From positions 39,930-103,929 of the IMG/VR virus record IMGVR_UViG_3300043410_001007: a stretch of 64,000 nt of DNA; one strand, 5' to 3'. Below the pieces are notes generated by a model. It saw nothing but the letters and a program-made list of their open reading frames with translations. It did no database searches and was not told the DNA's origin. Both the position numbers and the translations under genes were made by a program. The DNA comes from a virus. Below, piece by piece: positions 1-12,000 of this stretch. The first letter of the stretch is position 1, and every line of letters starts with the position of its first letter.

Positions 1-1
1 T

Positions 2-3000
2 GTTGGTCAGCCAGCAGAGAAGACATCATTCTTAGCTACTGTTTCTGGCGGCACAAACACCGGTACAGGTACAGTTACACAAGAGTACACTACAATCGAT
101 ACTAAAGTGGATCTCACTGACCCACGTTTACAAGATGATCTCAGCGCAGTCACGCTATTCGACGGCTTCCTACCTAACGACTTTGCTATTAGTCAAGACA
201 ATCAGTGGTTGTACGTAAGTAATAAAAATACTAACGAAGTAAAAGTATTCATCAATGAAGTGGGCAAGTTCAAGCCAGTAAGCAAATACAAAGCAGAGAA
301 TTCATTCACTAACGGCGCAATCACCGCGGGATGGGGCACTACTATCGACACCCCTCGTGATGGTAGTAAACTAATTGTCGGCGCACCAGAAGAAACAGTA
401 GACGGTTCAGATAACGCAGGCGCAACATACATCTATGCTCGACTAACTGAGAACTTCTTACAAAGCGACCGCGCCCTAAAAATTGTACCATATCAAACAT
501 ACTCAATCGAAGATATGGGTGATGTAGACGCTACTAGTCTAGAGGGCTGGTTCGATCTAGGTGCCGGTGTACAGTTCAGAGCACGTATTACTAAAGACGA
601 TGGCTACATTGATAACACAGCTTGGAAATCAGGCACTATCATGACTGTCGGTGATGCTACATATGGCATCAAAGATACAACTGGTGCTAGTAGCATCATA
701 CGCATCGGTTCATACTTGAGTGGTTACGATCCCGCACATAGCGTTGGCGATACACAAGATCGTATCGTTGCTGGTACTACCGTTGTTGGCCAGTTCGACT
801 CATATGAAACAGATACACTAACAGCGTTCTGCGACGGAGCTAATGGTTCAAGTGAAATAACATTCGCTGCCAGAAGCACACCGGCCGCGGTCAGTGTAGG
901 GCAAATAGTTTGCGTAACAACACGTAATAGTACAACACCATTCGCAATCAACCATGTTAGTAAGGCTGACTATGAAGATAGTACTAAGAACAGTGAAGTT
1001 TCTAAAATTCAACCAGATACATATGTTGCTTACATCAAAAACAACGTAGACTATCACACAGTGTCACTATTCGATGGTACTAGTCACTCTACAGGAAGTC
1101 TAACAAAAGGCAGTGACGGTAAGATTTACAAGGCTAAGAATACCACCACTATGGACCCTGTTACTGATACTACGTTTGTAAACTGGTCACAAGTAAAAGT
1201 TACTGTTGGTTTGACAAGAAAACTAACAGGTCAACTAGCATCAGCAAACAATGAAGTATCATTCCGTGCGGCTGGTCGTACTGGTCGCTACATAGTCAGT
1301 GAGGCGCATAACTTTAGTGGTGCTCAGGTGAATCACATAGCAGGTTCAGTAGTCACTGCTATCTCTAAAGACGTACCGTTTGTTGCTCGTGGCTATGGCT
1401 CAATCGTAAAACGCATTAACGGTGTACTATCATCAGTAGACAAAACAGGAACAGTATCACTACGCAAAGACTTTATCATCAATGATGTAGTTCCTAACAA
1501 TAAAGTTATTGTCTACATCGATAACAAGCTAGTACCACTGTACACAATCGGTTATCGTAACGGTCGTAATTATCGCAGTTACAACTACAAGATAACAGTC
1601 AATACCCTACTCAATCAAACTAAAGTTAGTTTTACTAAAACACCACCTATCGGTAGTGTAGTTGTTATTGACTTTGGTAAACTAATCTTACAGCAACGAA
1701 CTCAAAGTGCGGCGCCACGTGTTGGCGCACAATACGGTCACAGCGTTGCTACTAACAATTGGGGCGCAGAAGTATTCACAGGCGCACCATATGAAATCTC
1801 AGACATCAACAGCAAACATAACATCGAGGGTGCTGTCTATCGCTGGACTAACGTAGGTCAACGATACAACAATATTGTTGGTGATCTAAAGAATTTAGTA
1901 CCAAACAACGCTGGTACATACGATGTTGATGCTAACATTTACATCGACGGCTTCTTAGTGAACATCAAGTTTACTGGTGAAGCATCTAAAGCATCAGTAG
2001 CCGAACGTATTGCTAAAATCATTGATACTACTGAACCTACTAACGTAATTGCTAGTTCTAATGGCACAACATTTACTATCTACAACGGTATCCCAGGCAC
2101 AACTAATGACCAGGTAGACATCACCGGTGACTTAGACAAGATTGGTATTACCCCTTACATCAAGACGCAGACTATCGTTGATACAATCAACTACAGTACT
2201 ACGGCCGCATTCGGCTACACCATCGCAGTCAACAAAGAACTCAATAGTACACGTGATGCGCTAATCGTATCTGCTCCCTACACTAACGTATTAGCAGAAA
2301 CAACATTCGACTTCATTGACGACCTGCGTGATGACGATACAATTTATGATAACGGTGGCACTACATTCGTTGATAGATTTACTTCTATCGGTGGCGTTTA
2401 TGAGTATGACTACTTAGCAAGCGACACTGAGACGCCTACTAATCCAGGTATCTACACATTCGGTCAATACGTCAATCACGTACCGTCCGAAACTGCCGCA
2501 CTAAGAGCTAATACACCTCGTTACGGTCAATCACTCAATTTCAATGATGGTACTATCACTGTTGGTAGCCCACTATGGTATCGTGACGGTACTGGCCGTG
2601 TATCTCAGTTCACTACTACAACATATGAGAGTTGCTGGTATGTAGACAAAGCACCTCTACCTAAAGTAGATGTAAATAAACTAGTAACAGTTGCTATCTA
2701 TGATACCAACGATGGCACTGCCCTATCTAGCCTGGACTACATTGATCCAGCACAAGGTAAACATCTAGCGGCAGTCAACACAAACTTAGACTTTATCGGC
2801 GCTACTGACCCTGCTAGTTACACCACTGGTATTATCTGGAACAAAAAGCAAGTTGGTAAGACTTGGATGGACACTACCAACTTCCGCTTGATGAACTACA
2901 ATCAGCCTGATCTACAGTACAACGCACGTTACTTCGGTCAAACATTCCCAGGCAGTACAGCAGATATCTACACATGGATAGAGAGTGATGTTGAGCCTAT

Positions 3001-6000
3001 GGATTACCAAGGCAGTGGTTATGTAGTCAGTATGGACGCTTACACTGCTGGTGTAGTATTCGACCGTCAAAGCAACACAACACAGACCAAGTACTACTAC
3101 TGGGTCAAGAACTATGGCGATATTCCACACGGTAAGACCTTAGCACCGACTACTATCGCTAGTTATGTATTAGACCCACTAAACAGCGGCATTCAATTCC
3201 TAGGCGCACTAAGCACAAACTCAATCGCACTATTCAATGCTAGAGAAAGTATCACTGAGAACACTAGTGCTCTACACGTAGGCTACAGTGAAAGTGATAA
3301 TGATGACGTTGGTCACCAAGACTGGTTACTCATACAAACTAATAACAAAGACAGCTTCTTGCCTGGCGTACCACTATCAATCGCTGATGCTCCAAGTGGG
3401 TTGTATCTAAAGTATCTAACCAGCTTCATGGGTCACGAAATTGATACAGAAACTCAACTAGTCAGAAAAGCCCTAACTGTGCCTGATGAAAACTTGAGTA
3501 TTCTAACAAGATATGGTGTATCATTCCGCCCACGTCAAACAATGTTCTTGGATCGTGAACTTGCTCTAAAGAATTACATTGATTATGCTAATCAAGTATT
3601 AGCTAGTGAACCTATCACAGAAACACGCGGCACATTCTTACTAAACAAGAGTGGCAGTGATTATGATACTGCTGACTTCTGGACAGTAACTGACTGGTGG
3701 GCTACCGGTTATTCTAGTAGCACAAAGCCATCACTAGAAGTTGATACTTACAATACTCTGTTGACTATCGGCAGTGTTGATCCTGTAAACGCTGATAGTA
3801 CCGGTATTGTCACAACACTAAGCGACGGTTTAGTAGCACGTGTAAAGAAGAACGGTCAAGGCCTGTATGAAACTTATCGATACACCTCTAGCGCTGGTTG
3901 GTCACGTATCAACTTAGAGAACGGTACTATCGCAATCAAAGATACAATCTACACACAAACGTCACCGATTCCATCGCAAGAAATCTATTGGATTATTCGT
4001 TGGCTAACTGAGCAGGTGTTCGTAGATGACTTATCAATCGAGAACAACAACTCATTGATTATGATGTTCAACTTTATTCAAAGTGATAGTCCACAGGGAC
4101 AAAACTATCTACCTTGGTTGAACAAGACAAGTCTAGTAGATATTCAACATACCATTCGACAACTACTACCGTACAAGAAGTTCCAGATTCAATCTAGTAC
4201 TCTAATCAACGGCTACATCAATGAAGTCAAACCATTCCACGTTTATGTAAAAGAGTTCTCATACAAGTACACTGCTACAGAGACATTCGAAGGCGACATC
4301 ACTGATTTCGACTTGCCAGCTAAATTCCGCTCTAGTAGTGCGACTTATGTTACGCCACGCCTAATACAGAAACAGTCAGAATCTCTTGGCGAATACACAT
4401 CTACTGATGGTATCTGGAGTGAGAGTGAATACGCAAACTGGTTCAAGTATCATGGTCTATCATACACTAACGATGGCGTTGGTGTAGAGGAATCAACTGT
4501 TGTTCCGGTTACACAAGTAATAGTAGATATTACAAGTAGCGCGGCTAGTATCTACGTAGAATCTGTTGCGGGTCTACCAGTAAGCGGTACAGTAAAAATC
4601 AATGGTGAAGAAATCTGGTACGAATCAGTAAATAGATCAACCAACTCAATCACTGGTCTAGTAAGAACAACTGGTAGTACTCACGCAAGTGGTTCAATAG
4701 TATCTCTCATTACTAAACCGGTAATGGTAATGGAAACAGGACGAGGCTATCTAGCTGCACCAATAGTTACTGCTTGGTATGATACAACTGACTTCCCGTA
4801 CGGTCCAACAGTTACTGCTACGTTTATGACTACAATGAAGAACGGCGGTCTAACTGTAGTTGATGTAGTAGAAGAAGGTCGTGGATATCCAACTACACCA
4901 GAACTACGTGTTAGTATGAGTAGCATCGTTAGTACATTTACTAGCGGTCAAGTAGATACACAAGTCAATCAGTTCAGCGTCGGTGGCCACCAGTTTGTAA
5001 ACGGTGACAGTGTTGTGTTCGTAACTGACTCGACAGACAGCAATCTAGCACTACGCAACTATGGCAACTACTATGTAGGCGCACTAGACGGCGAATCATT
5101 TGCGCTGTATGAAACTTATCGTGAGGCTATGGCTAGCTTTACAACTACTGAACCCATCGTTCGTGGCCGTGCCGCCGGTGATAACTATCACTTCTATCTA
5201 TCTAGTCCATATGATTATTCTACGCCAATGTTTGTAACAGGCGACTTAGTAAAATTACGCACAAACGTAGCGGGCGGAACTATTACTGACCCTTCATACA
5301 ATGATGCGTTCGAATATTACTATGCTCACGTAGATGAAAGCATCGATACAACCGGCGCTACACCTCACTATGCTCTGTATGATTATGTAACATTCCATAC
5401 ATCTCACAGTGATGCTATGAGTGGCGCTCACCCTGTCGAATTTGCGCCAGTGGGCGACCCTAATGCTGTAAGAAGTAATGAGTTCTGTATCGCAAGTCGT
5501 ACACAACGTGTTGATGATGGCAGAGTCACTATCGGTGCTAAGATTGATGGTACAGTTGGTATCGCGGCGAGATTACAAGCGTATCACGGTAATCGTCAAA
5601 CTCGTGGCATCAGAACCGCCATGAAGTTCGATAGAATTACATACAAGACATCAGTATTCAACTGGGAAAGTGGCGTCAATAGATTCCAAGAAATGGGCTG
5701 GGATGTAACAACCTGGAGCAAGGGCACTGCATACTCTAAGGGCGACCTAGTAGTGTACAACGGCCAACTTTATCGTGCTTCACGTGATACAATCAAACGT
5801 TGGGAAGTATCTAGTGCTAGTCCTAATGAAACTATCTCTCTATGGACACCTGGTACTAAGTACGCTGTTGATAAAAAAGTTCTGTACTCTACTATTATCT
5901 ACAAGTGTACAGAAGCAACTACAGATAAACCTACCGACGGTGACTTAGAAGTCTTTAGTCTAGCAAACTTCACTGAAGTCGCTAGTGATGATCCGCTCAT

Positions 6001-9000
6001 TACTGCGGCCGATCGTATTGTTGGTTTCTACAGACCTACTAGCGACATGCCAGGTAGTACCTATGCTGACCTAAGTCAACTAATGACTGGCACAACTTAT
6101 CCGTATCAAACGATTATTGATCCTGAGTTCACCTGGGGCGAGACATACGCATTCTTACCTCGTAACGTAGATACAGAAGAGAACACAGTAACTCTAAACA
6201 ATATCAAGCCACTACTAGCGAGTTACCAAGAAGTTGTCTATGGTACGTACACAACAACAGCAAACTCTATCACTCAGTATCACATGGCATCTCAGTTCAC
6301 GCCAGCAGTTACAGAAACTAACTTAGTTGGCAATTCACTGAGCGTAAGTGGCACACAGAACTTACACAAGGGCATGCCTATCCGATTTATCGGTGACATG
6401 ATCCAAGTTTACACTAACACAATCGTAAACGGCACAATCGTTGAGAGTGTTGCTAACGCATTCTACAAAGATACAACATACTTTATCGCCAATGTCGATG
6501 CTAGTAATAGTAGTATTCAAATTAGTTACAATCAGCAACTATCACAACTATCATCAATATCGACTACTGCGTCACGTGTTTACGCTAACGGCATGATTAC
6601 CCTAGATACAGCAATTGGTAACTACACAGACGCTACCATCAAGTTCTCTGGTAGTTCATTCGGTAACGTATCTGCTAACTTCTATTACATTGATAGTATC
6701 GATGGTACTGGTAAGAACGTAACTCTACGTACTGATGTATTCAGTAGTGGCGGGCAATTCGTTCCTCCTGTTAGTGCTAATATCGGTGCTAACGGTATCA
6801 GTGGTAATATGAAGGTCACTATTGACCCATACTTACCGCAGAAGAATGCAAGTGGTTACACCACTTTAGTTCTTGGACATCATGTTGGTATGATTGGTGT
6901 TGCTAATGCTAACGCTAATATTACTGTTACTGTTGATTCCACTGATGGACTGTATCTAAATGCTCCAGTAAAGTTCGGCGGCAATAGTATTGGTAACATC
7001 AGTAATAGCAGTGTTTACTTCATTAGTAATGTTGACGTTGCTAATAGCGCTATCAACATCGTTACTATTATGGGTGATACGACAGCGGTACCTAACGTAG
7101 CAAACGCTACTGGTACAATGACCGTTCGTACTGGCTTCCCGATTACAACAGTTACTGGTATCTCTAGTGGTAACTACTATGTTGCTAATACTACAACACA
7201 TATTGTAGGTTCAACTGGCAACATCACAGTAGGCACACTTGGTGCCAATGCTAAAGTTCAGTTTGCTAGTGGTAGTGTTTCTGGTGCTAATGTAAACAAG
7301 ACTACATCATACTACATTACTAGCGCTAATACAACTACTAATCATATTACTATTACTGATAAGTTAGTGGGCGGCACTACCATCACACCATCAACTAGTA
7401 CTCTTAGTAACAGTACTGGTCCACTCTATCTAGTATCAGACTACTACACCCAACCAGTTGAATCCAGTTACATCACTGGTGACTTGTTGAAGATGTACTA
7501 CAAAGACCCAGCAGATGAAACTATCGGTTTCTACTTTACAAACAGAGAAGCGAATAACGTAATCTCCTTGTATGCTTCGTCTGATGACGCGGAAGCAAAG
7601 ACTAATAGTATTGCTATCCACGACGGAGCATATGGCTACCTGGTCAAGCCACAAACAGTTGTATCGGCCGTTGGTCCACTAAAGTACATGATAGGCGACA
7701 TCGTGCCAATGACCTTCGAATTGTCTAGTCCAACTCTAGGCTTTGGTCTAACACCTAACAAGACATATTGGGCTCGCTTCATCTCTGTAACAACAGTTCG
7801 TCTGTATCGCACACGTACTGACGCACAGAACGAGTACAATCACCTACCACTACTAAAACAAATCGGTGGACAGATGGTCATCGGCTCACCAATTATCGTT
7901 GATGTAGTACAAGCAGATGGTAGTACTAAGATAGAAACAGTAGGTTACAATGAGTACGACAGTATCATCGTTAGCGACAATAACGTAACTCCTGACTACA
8001 ATGTAGCAGGCAAAGAGTTCACATGGGGCTTCGGTCCAGAAGAACTAATGGCGGGTGTAGTTAGTGATGGTGTGAACATCACTGTAACTACTCGTGCTGG
8101 TAGTACCTGGGACCCACTAGCAACAATCAACGGCACAGTAAACGCACGTGCCATCAGCGACAAGTTCGGTCATACTGGCTTCAACATGGTCCGCTTTGAT
8201 GCTTCTGCTAACGGCACTAAAGTAGACTGGTACTTAGATGCCGGCGACTTAGATAGTAATGGTCACGCAAAAATCAAATCTAGTGGTTTTGTTGGCGCAA
8301 CTACATTCGTTGAGAGTACATTCACTAACCCAGTAACAACACCATCTGGTGTGAAATTCGCATCAGCAGTGTACTTTGGTGATCGTGTGAAGAACCCCGT
8401 TACAGTTGAAGTTTATGCTAAAACAACTACTTATGGTCAAGTAAAACTAGTTGAGGGTACAGATTACATCCTAGACATGGCTAATAAAGTCATTCATAGT
8501 GTATCAAATACATACGTATCGATATCACTAGAGTTAGTGGTGTATGAGTTCGGTAACAGTAGTCACTTACTACGTAGCACAAGTGACATTTATGGCTTAC
8601 AAACTGTCGGCGATCATAGTGAGATGATGCTAGATGTTCCGTTTGCGCTAGTTGATCTTCCTACTATTGAAAACTACTGGCTGGGCGCATCAGTATTCGT
8701 CAATGGCGTAAAGTTAGAGTACTATGATGGTGTTCGTCCGCTATTCAATTACAATGCTCCAATGTTTAGTGTGATTCCACAGCGCCCATTCGATCCAAAG
8801 AATGACCCATACAACCCAGCCAAGATTGTATTCAATACGCTGTACACTTCCTCAGATTTTGCGTCATTCGTGTTAACCACTAACGTAATCGGCTACTATC
8901 GTGTAGAGAATGCTAGTGATACATACAAGGCCCCAATCACTGATGAAACTGCTTACTCCCGTGGCAAGATTGGTGTTTATGTAAACGGCGTACTCACCAC

Positions 9001-12000
9001 ACAAGATAGTGATTACAAGGTATCCATGATTACAAAAGGCAGTAAATCGGCGCTAGTAACAATCACATTTACTAGTGGTGTAGTAGCGGTGGGCGACAAC
9101 GTAAAGATTACTTACGAGAACGGTGGCGCTAGTGCTCCTATGATGGAAATGTTAGGCACACCAACGCCAACTACCGGTGCTGTACAGTATGATCTAACTG
9201 GCTTCCTGGGCGATAATAACTATGCGCCGTTCAGTGACTTACGTGTCCTATTCGATAACGCGGCATCTACTCAACCCAACACATTTGTTACACGTTGTGG
9301 TGTTGATTTAGCAGACGGTATGTCTGTGGTAGTTGTCGGTGACGATACTAACAAAATCATTCCTGGTTTCCCATCATCACATGCCGCAGACATTGTGACT
9401 AAGACATATTATCTACGTGATGTAGTCTATCACAGCGACAACTTATGGCAAGATACATTCGGTACTTACACATTCAGATTAGCAACTATCCCAGATGGTC
9501 AGCCAATCGTATTGAGTAGTGGTACAGATGGTACGGGTCAACCGCGCCACCTAACATTTGTAGTCAACAACGATAACTTGATTGTTGAGATTGACGGCAC
9601 ACGTATCAATGGTATCGCTCCTAATACTCTCAAGTACGGCGGTATTGCTACCCCAATCAACAACACAGTAACACTAAGTTACCCAGCACCAGTCTACAGT
9701 CGTGCTACATTCTCATCAAGTTATTTGATTGTGAACATCAACGGCGTGCCTTACTCTGCCGCAAATAATTTCGATAATATCGATCCTGTCTCTGGTGCTA
9801 GTAGACACATTCAGTGGTACACTAACTACGATGCTAATAATAACCTGATGGCTGGCTCTGATGCGACATTCAATGTTGATGATACACTAGCAGACACTGG
9901 AGCATTCTTCGACGCTGGTGACCCATTCGATAATCAAAGCATTATTGACATTGTATTTGCTTACGACCTCACAGGTAGTTCTGGTCTAATATCTACTGAT
10001 ATTATTACTGTTGAATACAACATAGTTGGTAACGCATGGGTATCAGGACAAACATACGAAGTGGGCGATATCGTTACTTACAATGGTGTAATCTTCCGTT
10101 GCTACAGTGATGTTACTAGTGCTACTAATCCAGTAACAGATTACTCTCACTGGTCGACTATTTCTATGTCACCACCTCCGGTGTATGTAGTAGAAGTAAA
10201 TCAAGATACTGCTGGAACTACCGGCGTGAACGAAACTTCTATCGGTGGCACTCTAACGGTTTATGCGCCATGGTTAGATAACACTCACAAAGTATCAGTG
10301 ACATCATTTGGTAGAACTACTCAACAGTATCTCAAGACACAAATCTTGAGTGACATCACTGTCACGCAGGTAACTAACGTTATTGAAATCACAGGTCAAC
10401 CAACAGTTGTCTACACTGGACCAACACTATCACTACCTGGCGCGGCCCATGGCATAAACATCGGCGACTTAGTAATGATCAATGGTACAGCAGTCAAAGA
10501 TTTAGATGGCGGCAACTATTACGCTAAACCAATCGATCTATCAGGAACGCTAGGCTCAACCTACACAGAAGAATACACATTCCAGTTGTTCTCTGATAGT
10601 GGTCTTGTTACACCGATTGATTTAGCAAACCCAGGCGCATTCCAGCCGATAACTACTGGTAAAGAAAGTTATGTACAGTTGTTACAAACTGCGACCAATA
10701 CTGCTTCCATAGCAGTCAACCCAGCGGTCATCAATCAGTCTCAATTCAATTTAGTTGATAAGCAACGCTTATTCGTTTCGTTCACTAAGGACAGTACAGT
10801 CAAAGGTTCAACAGGCCGCTATTACGTACAAACTAGTAAGTTCGATATTGCTACATTAGACTATGTAGATGAAGAGGGAACATCACAAACAGTGTACACT
10901 CTCATCTTGTTACAACCAGTAGTGCCTGGCAATCTGATTACTATCACGAGTATGGTACCAACAGCGTCTCCAGGCGAGAACAGATTACGTATGAATGCTC
11001 AATGGGATACTATCTCTAGTTCAGCAGTAGTGCCGTTCTTGTTCCAGCAAGACCCAGCAAATCAATTGTATTACACTAGTGTGTATCGTGAGCCTGAGGT
11101 TAGTAGAACGCATATTACTGCGGTTAATAGCAGTGATAGTATCACAGTTGCTAACCCATACGCTCTTGTACGTATCTACAACTACACTCGCAATATTAAT
11201 GAAATCGGTGTTCTAAAAACTGGTGAGCACTACGTACTAATCGAAGGCATTACTACTGACGAAATTGCTCAAATCAATATCACTGATAGTACTGGTGTGA
11301 AGATTGAAGAATTCTACTGGGTAAACTCTGGTAACTCATCGAGTGCTCGTATTGTATTCACATTCAACCCTAACTCAAAACTATCGATTGTAGTAGCAGT
11401 AGGCAATAACTTACTAATCAAGGGTGAACAATTACAATATCGTGCTGTAGAACTAGATGTAAACAAGACTAACTATGGTCAAATAACTGGTATTCGTCAT
11501 GCTAGAAATACAACGATTGCCGCTGACCTACAACCATATGATATCGTACAGAGTATCAAAGAAGAAGACCTGATGGCTTCTAGTTTGTACAATAAAACTT
11601 GGTACAGTAATACAGTTACCGCTTTAGTTGATACTAGTGGCGGCGATGTATCTGGTACGTACACACTACAGGACAGTACACTAGAAACATCACTAGTAAA
11701 AGTAGGTGACACGCTCAAGTTCAGCAGTACAAGTAATGATTTCTCTGGTATTGCTTATGTCTACACTGGTCTACAAGCAATCAAGTCGATTGTTAGTGAT
11801 AATGGTACCTATGTAAACTTTGCGATTACTGCGTATGGTGACACCGGATGTGTTATTACAGACCGCTATTACTATGATACTGGTACCAGTACATGGCTGT
11901 ATGATCGCCCATCTACTGGATCTCAGCCAGCTAAGTTTGGTGAGACTATGGTGGTGAGTGGCAATGCTACTGATGGTTACTACATGTCAGTTCGTGTAGA